From: a bacterium
Lineage (GTDB): Bacteria; Actinomycetota; CALGFH01
Length of the DNA stretch: 64,000 bases
NCBI GenBank assembly: GCA_046727955.1
Contig: JBKPDO010000170.1
Span: forward strand, 3,230 to 67,229
Direction: 5' to 3'
The first letter of the stretch is position 1; every line of letters starts with the position of its first letter. The notes below the pieces were generated by a model. That model worked only from the letters and a program-made list of their open reading frames with translations, was not told the origin of the DNA and did no database searches. Positions 38,316 to 47,787 of the stretch are shown piece by piece. Made by a program: the position numbers and the translations under genes.

Positions 38316-38587
38316 CCGCCATGCTGCGCTCCCCCGTCCTCAGCACGGCCCGCTGGCGGGACCGGGCGGCCTGCGCGGCACCTGGCGTCGACCCGGAGTG
38401 GTTCTTCCCCGCTCCCGGCCAGCAGGGCAAGCACGCCAAGCGGATCTGTGCCCGCTGCCCCGTCAAGGCCGAGTGCCTGGCCGACGCGCTCGCCGTCCCG
38501 GAAGCAGACGACCACGGCGTCCGCGGCGGGCTGACCGCCCGGGAGCGCCTCCGGCTTCGCCGCGAGCCCGCGGGGCGTGCCCGGTGA
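38312..38587 (+). CDS. WhiB-family Fe-S transcriptional regulator
   Basis: WRDRAAC...DPEWFFP...AKRICARCPVKAECL...GVRGGLTARER. Confidence 0.93.
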   Translation: MTAMLRSPVLSTARWRDRAACAAPGVDPEWFFPAPGQQGKHAKRICARCPVKAECLADALAVPEADDHGVRGGLTARERLRLRREPAGRAR

Positions 38588-39237
38588 CCGCCGCCGAGCT
38601 CCTCTCCCCCGCCGCCGGGGTCAAGCCGGTGCACCGAGTCGAGTGCGCATGCGGCTGGGTGGGCTACCGCCTCAACCCCTGGGGCCGCGACTGCCCGGCC
38701 TGTGGCACCGACGGGTCCAAGCTGCGGCCGGTGTGGCTGGCCGGTTGTGCGCCCCGGCGTGGCCGCTGCTGCTACCTGGCGGAGATCTGGCCCCCCTACC
38801 AGCACGCCTCCCATTACCTCGGCTTCACCACGGACCTGCGCCGGCGCTGGCCCGAGCACCTGGCCGGCGGCTACGACCCCACCACCCACAAGAACCACGG
38901 CAACGGCTCGCGGCTGCTGGCCGCCGCGCTGCACGCCGGCTGCCAGGTCGAGCTGGTCCGCGTCTGGCACGGCCAGCAGGCCCGCGCGCTCGAGCAGCGC
39001 CTCAAGCAGCGCCGCAAGCCCAACGCCGGCTCGCTGCGCGCCGGCGCCGCCCGCAGCCTCAAGCCGCTGTGCCCGGTGTGCAGCCCGGACGGCTGGTGGC
39101 GCCGCTACCCGGACCTGCCCGACCCTCCCCCGCCGCCGCGGCCGCGCCGGTTCGTGCCTGACCCGGAGGTGTGGGACGCCGACGCCGAGTGGGACCAGAC
39201 GTTCCCGGAGCTCGCGTACGGCGGGGGTGCGCCGTGA
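38584..39237 (+). CDS. Zn-ribbon plus GIY-YIG-like endonuclease
   Basis: CACG...CPAC; CYL...HYLGFTTDLRRRWPEH...ALEQRLK; CPVC. Confidence 0.7.
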   Translation: MTAAELLSPAAGVKPVHRVECACGWVGYRLNPWGRDCPACGTDGSKLRPVWLAGCAPRRGRCCYLAEIWPPYQHASHYLGFTTDLRRRWPEHLAGGYDPTTHKNHGNGSRLLAAALHAGCQVELVRVWHGQQARALEQRLKQRRKPNAGSLRAGAARSLKPLCPVCSPDGWWRRYPDLPDPPPPPRPRRFVPDPEVWDADAEWDQTFPELAYGGGAP

Positions 39238-39842
39238 ACGGCTACCAGTGGGGGCCGCCGACCCGATGGGGGCCGCCGCCGATGGGCCGTTCCGGGCCGC
39301 CAGTCGGGGCGCTGCTGCTCGTGGCGGTCGTGGTGGTGTTCCTGTACGGCTGGAAGCTCGCCCCCGCCGCCGGTCGCGCGTGGGCGGACCTCCAGACCGG
39401 CCACGCCCCGTTCACCCTCCGGCTCCCCAAGGTCACCCTCCCCAAGCTCCCCGAGCCTCGGCCGCCCACCGCCAGCGGGGGGAGCCGCGCGGCGGTCGCC
39501 TACGCCAAGGGCCAGCTCGGCAAGCCCTACATGTGGGGCGCCAACGGCCCTGGCGCGTTCGACTGCTCGGGCCTGGCCTTCCGCGCCTGGCAGGCCGCCG
39601 GGCTCGGCTGGCCCGACATGACCGCCGCAGCGCAGTACGCCTGGCTCCGGTCGCGCGGTGCCACCATCCCCGGGCCGCCCGCCCCGAGTGATCTCGTCTT
39701 CTACGGCGACCCCATCGGGCACGTGGCGATCGTCAGCGCGCCCGGCCAGATGATCGAGGCGCCCGGCCAGGGCGAGCAGATCCACCAAGTCCCGGTCCGC
39801 AGCGGTTACCGCGCCGCCCGGCCCGGCAGGGCGGCGCGGTGA
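39234..39842 (+). CDS. NlpC/P60 (C40) cell-wall peptidase with N-terminal TM segment
   Basis: GKPYMWGANGPGAFDCSGL...DLVFY...GHVAI. Confidence 0.93.
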   Translation: MNGYQWGPPTRWGPPPMGRSGPPVGALLLVAVVVVFLYGWKLAPAAGRAWADLQTGHAPFTLRLPKVTLPKLPEPRPPTASGGSRAAVAYAKGQLGKPYMWGANGPGAFDCSGLAFRAWQAAGLGWPDMTAAAQYAWLRSRGATIPGPPAPSDLVFYGDPIGHVAIVSAPGQMIEAPGQGEQIHQVPVRSGYRAARPGRAAR

Positions 39843-40447
39843 TCGTCCTCGAGCTGCTGCGCAGCCGCGCCGGCCGCCTCCTGGTCCTCGTGGGCGTGCT
39901 GGTGATGCTGCTCGCTATCAACGCGGAGGCGTTCCAGTCCGCCTACCAGGAGCGGCTGGCCGACTTCGCCCGCCACGGCGCCCACAAGCCGCACGGCCCC
40001 CGCCGCCCCGCTCCCCCGCCGACGCCGCCACAGAGCCGGGTCGGGATCGCCGACATCCCGAGCAGCTACCTCGCCCTGTACCGGGCCTCGGCCAGGTCGT
40101 GCCCGGGGCTCTCCTGGGACGTGCTGGCCGGGATCGGCAAGGTCGAGTCCGACCACGGCCGCTCGAGCGCGCCGGGCGTCCATTCCGGCGTCAACGCCTT
40201 CGGCTGCTGCGCCGGGCCGATGCAGTTCAACATCCGCAACGGCCCGCCGAGCACGTGGAACCGCTACGGCCGCGGCAACGTCTACGACCCGCGCGACGCG
40301 ATCCCCGCGGCCGCGCGGCTGCTGTGCGCCAACGGCGCCCGCGGTGGCCGCGACGTGCGCGGCGCGATCCACGCCTACAACCACGCCTGGTGGTACGTGG
40401 ACCAGGTCCTCGCCCTCGCCGGCTCCTACCAGGCCAGTGGTCGCTGA
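39839..40447 (+). CDS. Lytic transglycosylase (SLT-like) with N-terminal anchor
   Basis: WDVLAGIGKVESDHG, AGPMQF, DAIPAAARLLC and AYNH motifs. Confidence 0.92.
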   Translation: MIVLELLRSRAGRLLVLVGVLVMLLAINAEAFQSAYQERLADFARHGAHKPHGPRRPAPPPTPPQSRVGIADIPSSYLALYRASARSCPGLSWDVLAGIGKVESDHGRSSAPGVHSGVNAFGCCAGPMQFNIRNGPPSTWNRYGRGNVYDPRDAIPAAARLLCANGARGGRDVRGAIHAYNHAWWYVDQVLALAGSYQASGR

Positions 40448-40641
40448 TGCGCCGCCACCGCCAGCCGTGCTGGTCCTGCGGCCGCTCGACCGCGTTCGCC
40501 GAGCTGGTCGAGACGCACGTGCGCGGCGGCCAGACCAACCGCGAGGGCTGGTGGCTGTCGGCCGACCGGGTCGTGTGGCTGTGCCCACGGTGCGCCACGC
40601 CGCTGTTTCGGTCGTCCCGCCCTATCCGCGAGGGGAGGTGA
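40447..40641 (+). CDS. Small zinc-ribbon protein
   Basis: CWSCG...CPRC; TGATG coupling to the upstream gene. Confidence 0.65.
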   Translation: MRRHRQPCWSCGRSTAFAELVETHVRGGQTNREGWWLSADRVVWLCPRCATPLFRSSRPIREGR

Positions 40642-40764
40642 CGCCCCTGGCCGCCACGCGCTGACGCGCTTCCCCGCCATCGACCAGGGGCGCGAACCCG
40701 GACCCGATCACGGACGGACGCGCCCCGGTCGCCACCCACCACCCCGCATGAGCAGGAGGTCTAC

Positions 40765-41025
40765 ATGTTCACCATCCCTACGGGCCGGCCACGCCGGCGC
40801 CGGCCCGTCCTGCGGCTGCTGGCGGTCGCCGCGATCGTCGTTGTGCTCCTGGCCGTGCTCGCCTTCGTGGCCGGCCGCGCGAGCTCGGCGCCGGCGACGC
40901 CCACCACAACCACCACGGCGGGCGCTACCTACACCCCGGCGCCGGCCGGCCCGCCCATCACCGACCCGAACGGCCAGTGGATCCCCGAGCCTGACCCGAC
41001 CTCGAGCGCGGACGGTGAGCGCTGA
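40765..41025 (+). CDS. Small membrane-anchored protein
   Basis: AGGAGG RBS; one TM segment and a Thr/Pro-rich tail. Confidence 0.7.
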   Translation: MFTIPTGRPRRRRPVLRLLAVAAIVVVLLAVLAFVAGRASSAPATPTTTTTAGATYTPAPAGPPITDPNGQWIPEPDPTSSADGER

Positions 41026-41558
41026 TGCTGACGCGCCCACAGTCGCCCTGGACGCCGTTCACGGATGCGCCCACCATCCCCCACCGCCGCCGCGCCAGGC
41101 TCGGCCTCGCCGAGCGAACCAGGTGGTTGTGGCTGGTGCCGCTCGCCAGCGGCTTCCTGGCCGTCCTCGGCTACGTCCTCGTCTGCGACCCCGGACCCGG
41201 CCTGTCCGACCGGGCCTGGCTCACCCTCGCCTTGGCCGCCGGGCTGGTGGTGCTGCTCGCCGTGCACCGCCGCGGCGGCCCGCTGCTGCGCACCGTGCGG
41301 CTGCGGCGCGTCCTGGCCGAGTACGCCCTGGTGGCCGTGCTCGCCGTGCTGCTGGCCACCAGCGGCGCCATACACCAGCCCAAGCCCAAGCCGAACCCGT
41401 CCACTCCCGCCAGGCCCGGGACGGCCGCCGCGGCGCCGGCGCGCTGCCCCGACCCGTCCCTCGCGCACGCTCCGAGCTGGCTCTCGTGCGTGTGGCATCG
41501 CGCGATGGACCCGCCCCCCTCCCCCACCCCATCCGCCACGACCAGGAGGAACCACTGA
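41025..41558 (+). CDS. Three-TM membrane protein
   Basis: Three hydrophobic segments; TGATG coupling on both sides. Confidence 0.7.
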   Translation: MLTRPQSPWTPFTDAPTIPHRRRARLGLAERTRWLWLVPLASGFLAVLGYVLVCDPGPGLSDRAWLTLALAAGLVVLLAVHRRGGPLLRTVRLRRVLAEYALVAVLAVLLATSGAIHQPKPKPNPSTPARPGTAAAAPARCPDPSLAHAPSWLSCVWHRAMDPPPSPTPSATTRRNH

Positions 41559-42379
41559 TGAACTTCTCGGAGCTCCCCACCAGCCTGCGCCGCCTCCTGG
41601 CCGTGGCGCTGCTGCTGGTCGCCGCGATCGGCGCTGGCGCGTTCACCCTGTCGTTCGTCGCGCTGCGCGAGGTCGCCGCCCAGCCCCAGGCCGGCTGGGG
41701 CCCGCTCGCCTTTCTGTTCCCACTCATCATCGACGGGCTGCTGGTCGCCGCCGAGCTGGTCCTGGTCGCCGCCTCCATGCTGGGCCGCGAGCGGCTGCTG
41801 CCGCTTGGGTTCGTGCTCGCCGCCGGCGCGGTCACCATCTGGTTCAACATCACCCGCGTCCCCGCCCCCGTGCGGCCGGTCACCGCCATTCCCCCGCTGG
41901 CCAGCATCGGCGCGACCATCCTGATCGCCTACCTGGTCAAGATCCTCGCGGTGGCGCTGGGCAGGCCGCTGACCTACGTCCCGCCCCCCCAGCAGGCCGG
42001 GTATCTGATGTCCCCGCAGACCGTCGTGAGCCGCCTTCCGGACGGCTCCTACGGCCTGCCGGGAAGTCCGGTTCCGGGCTACGGCCCGGGCCTGCCCGGC
42101 GGGTGGCCGGCGTATGGGCAGATGCCCAGCGCAAACGGACCCGGAAATCCTCAGATCGGACCCGCTGAGGTTGACGAGGCGACCAAACGGCGGGCGGTCG
42201 AAATGTACCTTTCCGGGCTGCCAGCGGAGCAGCTCGGCGTGGCGACCGGAAGCTCAGTCGTGGTGGGCGTCGCCGCTCAGGGGATCGCGCTCGACGAGCG
42301 GTACGCCCGCCGCATCCTCGACGAGTGGAAAGCCGCCCACAAGGCCGCCAACGGCGCTCGGCAGACGCGCAAACGCTGA
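41558..42379 (+). CDS. DUF2637 / SpdA-like membrane spreading protein
   Basis: GAFTLSFVALREVA...AFLFPLIIDG...TIWFN...AIPP, then a Pro/Gly linker and a C-terminal HTH-like segment (ERYARRIL). Confidence 0.75.
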   Translation: MNFSELPTSLRRLLAVALLLVAAIGAGAFTLSFVALREVAAQPQAGWGPLAFLFPLIIDGLLVAAELVLVAASMLGRERLLPLGFVLAAGAVTIWFNITRVPAPVRPVTAIPPLASIGATILIAYLVKILAVALGRPLTYVPPPQQAGYLMSPQTVVSRLPDGSYGLPGSPVPGYGPGLPGGWPAYGQMPSANGPGNPQIGPAEVDEATKRRAVEMYLSGLPAEQLGVATGSSVVVGVAAQGIALDERYARRILDEWKAAHKAANGARQTRKR

Positions 42380-42442
42380 TCGCGGCCGGCAGCGGGGGAG
42401 CCCGCCCGTCGCCGTCAGCGGCCACAGCAGGAAGGACTGACC

Positions 42443-42667
42443 ATGCCCCGGATCGTCATCACCATCGGCAGCCATGACCCCATGAAAGCCGGTGTGCTCC
42501 CCGCCTCGCCGCTCGGCACCATCGGCCCCGAGGGGCAGGTCACCGTCGGCCAGCTCATCCTCCGCGGCACCGCGACCGCGCTCCGCGTGCTCGCCGACCG
42601 GCTCCAGGAGGCCGCCGACCGGGCCGAGGCCGAGCCGCCGTCACAGCGCCAGCTCGAGACTGAGTAG
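42443..42667 (+). CDS. Hypothetical protein
   Basis: AAGGA RBS; GC3-rich codons. Confidence 0.6.
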   Translation: MPRIVITIGSHDPMKAGVLPASPLGTIGPEGQVTVGQLILRGTATALRVLADRLQEAADRAEAEPPSQRQLETE

Positions 42668-42679
42668 GAGGCCCGACCG

Positions 42680-42874
42680 GTGAGCAACGACCGCCAGGAG
42701 ATCTACGTCGCCTACCAGATCACCCACGGCCGCCGGCCGGACGGCTGGTGGTTCGTGGTCGAGATCCCGGGCCGTCCGCCCGAGGAGCACGGCCCCTACT
42801 CGACCGAGGACGCCATGCTCGACGACAAGCTGGCCCGCATGGAGGAGTTGGAGGCCGGCATCGTCGAGCCGTAG
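42680..42874 (+). CDS. Hypothetical small acidic protein
   Basis: AGGAGG RBS; GWWF...HGPYSTE. Confidence 0.65.
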   Translation: MSNDRQEIYVAYQITHGRRPDGWWFVVEIPGRPPEEHGPYSTEDAMLDDKLARMEELEAGIVEP

Positions 42875-42968
42875 CCCGCGCATGTCCGGCATATGCTCTT
42901 GGGTATGAGATGGCCCGGCGCGAGAAGCGCTCGCCCGGGCCCGGGCGACCCCTCGAGGAGGGATCGAC

Positions 42969-43292
42969 ATGCGCAAGGCTACCGACTGGCTTGCGGAGCG
43001 ACAGTTCGCAGCGCAAGGCCGCCTCTTCGGCATCAAGATCTCCGACGGCGTCGTGTCGCATCGCAATCAGAGCGGCCCGATCGCTGGTGCGCGTGCCACC
43101 GTCGAGTCCGTCGGTGAGCTGCAGAAGCGCCTGCTCAGGAAGAACAAGGACGAGCGGCAGATCTTCCTCACCATCACCGGCAAAGACGACAGCTACACGA
43201 TTCTCGTCGAGCTGAAGGGCGATCCGAAGCATCAGGCGAGCGCGCGCCAGTTCGCGGCCCGGTTCAACTCGCTCGTCGCGTCATCCAGCTAG
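42969..43292 (+). CDS. Hypothetical protein (possible PH-like fold)
   Basis: GGAGG RBS; beta-rich body ending in the helix ARQFAARFN. Confidence 0.65.
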   Translation: MRKATDWLAERQFAAQGRLFGIKISDGVVSHRNQSGPIAGARATVESVGELQKRLLRKNKDERQIFLTITGKDDSYTILVELKGDPKHQASARQFAARFNSLVASSS

Positions 43293-43644
43293 CCGCAGCC
43301 GCCCTGGAAGGAGAGACCAGCCATGATCCGCCGCGCTCCACCTTCTGGGGGCTCGTGGGCGCCGTGTTCGGCCTCCGGGCGGCCAGCCGCGGCCCTCGCG
43401 CCCTTGGCCGCTACGAGGCCGGCAGGATGGCCAGGCGCGCGATCCGACGCTGGCTCTGCTAACCTCGCGCGCCGGCTAGTCTGAGCAGCTATCCCTTCTT
43501 GACGGGCGGGCTCGCGGATCGGCGCCGGCGCGGCCGCGGCAGCTGCTCCCGACGTTCCGGCGCGCTCGGGTTCGGCCGCGGGGTTTGCTGAGGAACTGAT
43601 GGCTTCTCGGGCTGCGACGGGGGCTTCTTCGGATCAGGCACGGT

Positions 43645-44124
43645 TCACCTCTTCCAGAGCATAACGAGCCAGACCACGACCTCGGCGGCCAGGGCGATGT
43701 TGGCGACCTGGAACGCCCCGAACAGCGGTCGCATGTTATCCTCATTGGCCTTGAAGTCAGCCTCCAGGTGCTCGGCGAGCTGCTTGTACATCGCCCACAC
43801 GGGGGCCGGAGGGTCATCCTCGATGTAGCTGCCGATGATCACGCTCGGCCGGGTCCGGAAGTACCACTCCCTGCGGACCGCGAGGATATACATCACGGCC
43901 CCGGCCGCTACAACGAACAGCGCGATCGCCAGCCAGGCGAACCCGGATGGCCGGCGCCCCTGGAGGGCGAGGCCACCAAGGAACGAGGTCACCAGGGACG
44001 CGACGGCAAGCAGCGTTCCGGCGCGACTGCGAAGCCCGTCGAGGACGGACTGCTGCTGCGCAATAGCGCGAAGCCCTTCCTGGTGGGCGAGCTTGTAGCC
44101 CTCATGGTTCGGCTGTTCGCTCAT
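43645..44124 (-). CDS. Three-TM membrane protein
   Basis: MSEQPNHEGY...LDGLRSRAGTLLAVASLVTSFLGG; three hydrophobic segments; paralogous fragment at 46112-46429. Confidence 0.75.
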   Translation of the reverse strand: MSEQPNHEGYKLAHQEGLRAIAQQQSVLDGLRSRAGTLLAVASLVTSFLGGLALQGRRPSGFAWLAIALFVVAAGAVMYILAVRREWYFRTRPSVIIGSYIEDDPPAPVWAMYKQLAEHLEADFKANEDNMRPLFGAFQVANIALAAEVVVWLVMLWKR

Positions 44125-44321
44125 GGCGGCGAACCTATCAGCTGCCGGCCGGCCTCGTGCGCCGGCCGGCGAGGGCTGCCTACACCTCGTCAACGAGGCC
44201 CTAGTCGTACTCGAGGAGGTCGGCGGCGCCCTTGAACTCCGGGTCCGGCCCGAGCCGACCATCGGATTTCACCCATCCGGCGGATGCCAATGACCACGCC
44301 CGCCCGGCTACGCTGAACGGG

Positions 44322-44534
44322 ATGCTCCCGTCCCCCCTCACACGGCAGCAGACACAGCAGCGCTGCCAGTGTGGTCGCTACCTCGCCTGGCCGCGCACAC
44401 CGACCGGCCACGCACCACCACGGTGCTGCGCGTGCATGCAGCCCGCCGACCAGTGCACCTGTCAGCCCACCGACCAGCCCGCCGAGGGCTGCCTCGGCAT
44501 TGACCTCCTCGCCGACCCGGCCGATTGCGAATAG
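44322..44534 (+). CDS. Small Cys-rich protein
   Basis: CQCG...CCAC...CTC; start uncertain. Confidence 0.45.
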   Translation: MLPSPLTRQQTQQRCQCGRYLAWPRTPTGHAPPRCCACMQPADQCTCQPTDQPAEGCLGIDLLADPADCE

Positions 44535-44536
44535 CC

Positions 44537-44788
44537 ATGGCAGCGCCGTCCCGCCGCGAGCTCGCCCGTCAGCAGCTCGAGTTCGCCCGCGACGGCCGCC
44601 AGCATCTCACTCGCCTCGGCGACCAAGCCACCGAGCGGGAGTGGGAATGGGCCCGCATCAACGAGTGGTCCGCCTACTGCCAGGCCCGTCGCGCCGGCCT
44701 CAAGAACCCCGAGATCGCCCGCCTCCTCGGCGTCAGCCGCGAGGTGCTGTGGGAGCGGCACGGCCGTCACTACCCGCCACCGCCCTGA
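44537..44788 (+). CDS. Small HTH protein
   Basis: ARRAGLKNPEIARLLGVSREVLWERH. Confidence 0.7.
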   Translation: MAAPSRRELARQQLEFARDGRQHLTRLGDQATEREWEWARINEWSAYCQARRAGLKNPEIARLLGVSREVLWERHGRHYPPPP

Positions 44789-44886
44789 CCGGTGAGCGGG
44801 TGCAGCGTAGCTGAGGCAGCAGGCCACGCGGTTGATGCTGGCCCGGCTGGCAGCCGGGCGGGCAGGCGTCGTAGATTCCGCCGACC

Positions 44887-45788
44887 ATGAAGCGCCTGAA
44901 GAACCTCACCAATAGGGTGATCGTGGCCGCCGGTGTGGTGGTCGTGCTGCTCGCGGTCGTGCTTGTGGTCCCGCGGCTGCTGTACCCGCCGCTGCCGGCG
45001 TCGCGTTTCGCCAGCGTCGCCCCAGACAAGCGCATCGAACTGGAGACCAACCGGCTCAAGCTCCAAAACGACGCCCGGACCACCCTGCTGCAGGGCTTGG
45101 CTGGCGGGATACTGCTGCTTGGCGCTTACCTGACCTGGCGCCAGCTACAGGTCAACCGCGAGGGGCAGATCACCGACCGCTACACCAAGGCCGTCGACCA
45201 GCTTGGCCATGCGGAGCTTGACGTGCGGCTTGGCGGGATCTATGCGCTGGAGCGGATCGCCCGTGACTCGCCAGCTGACCGGGCCACGATCCGGGAGGTG
45301 TTGACCGCCTTCGTCCGCGGTCATGCTCCGTGGCCGCCGAGGCTGCCTGGCCAGTACGTCGCCACGGCGCCGATCGACCAGGTGTCATCCCTGGGGGAGC
45401 GGGCCCCCGACGTGCAGGCGAGCCTAACAGTGCTTGGCCGTGGCGGCTTCGGATCGCTCGATAGGGCTGACCGACTTGATCTGAGTGACACCGATATGCG
45501 GCGCGCGAACCTCTACCTCGCCCACCTGGAAGGAGCGATCCTGATACGCGCCCACTTGGAGCGGGCGGCCCTCATCAGTGCCCACCTGGAGAAGGCGACC
45601 CTTTGGCGTGCGCACCTGGAGGGCGCCCACCTCAACGGCGCCCACCTGGAGAGGGCGCGATTGGAGGCCACGTACTGGAGGGGGCGCTGGCCGAGCGTAC
45701 CGTCTGGCCTGCTGGGTTCGATTGGCGCGCAGCCGGAGTCATTGTTGCGGGCGAGGATGCCGCAGCGAGCCCACCACAGCAGGCCTAA
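44887..45788 (+). CDS. Membrane-anchored pentapeptide-repeat protein, apparent frameshift near 45670
   Basis: GQITDRYTKAVDQLG...RLGGIYALERIA and A(H/N)LxxA repeats. The family-type tail TVWPAGFDWRAAG lies in a different frame ending at 45788. Confidence 0.85.
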
Positions 45789-45868
45789 CAGCAACCTGCC
45801 GCCTGGACAGCCTGCTCGAACATCAGCTCTCCCGCGGCCCTGCTCGCTCGGCTCGTAGGCGGCGGCGG

Positions 45869-46430
45869 TCACCGGCCCCGCCCTTTCCTCGGGCGCTTGC
45901 GGCGCGCCGCGCGGGGCGGCGGGTTGGGGTTGCCCCAGCAGTACGGATGCCACGGCTGGCCGTCCGGCCCGGCCGTGTGGCTGACGCGACGGCAGCGGCG
46001 GCAGCGGCCCACCTCCTCGGCCGACCATCGCTGCCGCCAGTTCCAACCGGCCGGCATCTCGGCCTGCCCGGCGGCGAGCCGGTCGAGCTTCGCCTCGGCG
46101 TCGGGGTCGTCGTTGGCGACCTGGAGCACCCGGAACAGCGAACCCATGCGCTCCTCGTTGGCGTCGAAGTCGGTCTCCAGGTGTTCGGCGAGCTGCTTGC
46201 GCATCTGCCAGGCCGGCGCCGGCGGGTTGCCCTCGACGTACTGCCCGATGATCACGCTCGGGCGAGTCCGGAAGCGCCAGCCCGGCCGTGAGGCGAGGAC
46301 GTACAGCACAGCGGCGGTGGTGATCAGGAACAACGCGATCGCCAGCCATGCGAGCCCGGTCGGTGGTTTGCCTTGCAGAGCCAGGCCGCCGAGGAACGAG
46401 GTCACCAGCGACGCCACGGCAAGCAGCGTC
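45869..46430 (-). pseudogene. Chimeric remnant: truncated paralog of the 43645-44124 gene fused to the 3' end of an unrelated gene
   Basis: TLLAVASLVTSFLGGLALQG...FRTRPSVIIG...QVAN matches the paralog, then switches to DPDAEAKLD...CRRC...HPYC. Confidence 0.7.
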
Positions 46431-46671
46431 CATGGACTCTCCCCAGGAGACATACGACGTTATGGGCATTACTGCAACTTCGTTGCGGGACGTACGTCGA
46501 TTGGCCCATGCACGCCACCCGGGAGGTCCGTGATACTTCGATGGTTACTCATCCGCAACGGCAAGTTGACCTGAGATGAACCGGCTATCGACACCTTGTC
46601 CGACTCGACCCATCCACGCTGGCGACAGCGGACTCGCTGGGATGGCCAAATAACTTCGGAGAGGGGGGGAT

Positions 46672-47637
46672 GTGGACGTCATCGTCACGCCTTTCGAATT
46701 GGTTATTGGTGCTTTAGTTGGCCTAGCGATCTTGGCGCTCTGGCTATTCAACCGCAGTCGCGACGAGTCGCACCGGCTGCCGATCTCCCATGAACTACTG
46801 ACAGTACTTGTAAGCGCCGCCGCGATTGCGGCCGTCCTAACCTATCGCTCACGGGTCATCACTAGAGAGCCGCTTCTTTTCATCGCAACGGCGGGAACCG
46901 TGGTCACGTTCATTGCTGTTGTCACGAACCTCATCATGACTCGGCGTATGCGCCAAGAGATGCACGACGTGTCCGGAGAATTCGGGCGGCAGATGACAGG
47001 CCTCGGAAATCTCCAATTCTACCCTACGAAAGACGAGACAATGGAGGCATTGGCGCACGAAACGCATGGCGCGAAGGAGAAGCTGATTGCGACGCGATTC
47101 TCGCCCGCGGATATAAGCGTTGAAACAGATTATTGGGCAACTATTAAGCAGCGAGCATTCGATCCCTCAATTCTCTATATCCGGATCCACTGTCTCGCAC
47201 ACATGGAGAAGAGCGCCATCACTGGCGTATGCAGGCTCATTGAAGAGTTGCGTGGCGCTCAGAGGTTCCAACTGGCAATCGCAATGTTCAATAACAGTTT
47301 CGAGATCATCATTGCCGACGAGCGGGAGTGCATATTTTGCTTCAATGATCTTTCCATGACTATTCGTAATGGGTTTCGCCTGGATTCCGTTCAACCGAAT
47401 AGCGCCCGAGTGGTAGCGAACTTCGATAGTACCCTGCGCAGCATGTTGGAGGATTGTCATATTATCGTTGACTTTGGAGAGTTCGTACAGACAGCTGCTG
47501 ATGTCCGCGCCTTGCAGAGTTACCTGAAGAGAATCCATGAGGACTATCGTGGTGGGCGCTTGCCAAGGCCTATCCACACTAGCGAAATGGAAGAATACCT
47601 GCGGACGAACGTCTTCCAAGCAGTCCGAGACGGCTGA
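46672..47637 (+). CDS. AT-richer foreign gene: three N-terminal TM segments plus an alpha/beta domain (PLD-like fold suspected)
   Basis: Frequent A/T third positions; TM segments in the first ~90 aa; pattern AKEKLIATRF...FEIIIADERECIFCF. Confidence 0.75.
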   Translation: MDVIVTPFELVIGALVGLAILALWLFNRSRDESHRLPISHELLTVLVSAAAIAAVLTYRSRVITREPLLFIATAGTVVTFIAVVTNLIMTRRMRQEMHDVSGEFGRQMTGLGNLQFYPTKDETMEALAHETHGAKEKLIATRFSPADISVETDYWATIKQRAFDPSILYIRIHCLAHMEKSAITGVCRLIEELRGAQRFQLAIAMFNNSFEIIIADERECIFCFNDLSMTIRNGFRLDSVQPNSARVVANFDSTLRSMLEDCHIIVDFGEFVQTAADVRALQSYLKRIHEDYRGGRLPRPIHTSEMEEYLRTNVFQAVRDG

Positions 47638-47689
47638 TTCTAACCAGTCCTGCATTGTGGGGTGACGGGCTTGGGGTGAGGTAGGAGGA

Positions 47690-47787
47690 TCGCGGCATGA
47701 GCACGACACGACCTCGAGCACGGTCAGCGCGCCGGCGACGAGCAGGCGGGCGGCCTTGTTCTCGAGTGACTCCCGGGCGCGGGTCAC
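47690..47787 (-). pseudogene. Truncated small gene downstream of the AAA gene
   Basis: GTG overlaps the AAA stop; RESLENKAARLLVAGALTVLEV then runs into AT-richer DNA. Confidence 0.45.

Noticed and set aside
43322-43462. Small membrane ORF after a GAAGGAG RBS
   Set aside because: Appears frameshifted and is too short to assign with confidence.
43699-46429. Possible DGR template/variable repeat pair
   Set aside because: Differences are spread over all bases and mostly synonymous rather than adenine-specific; no reverse transcriptase present.
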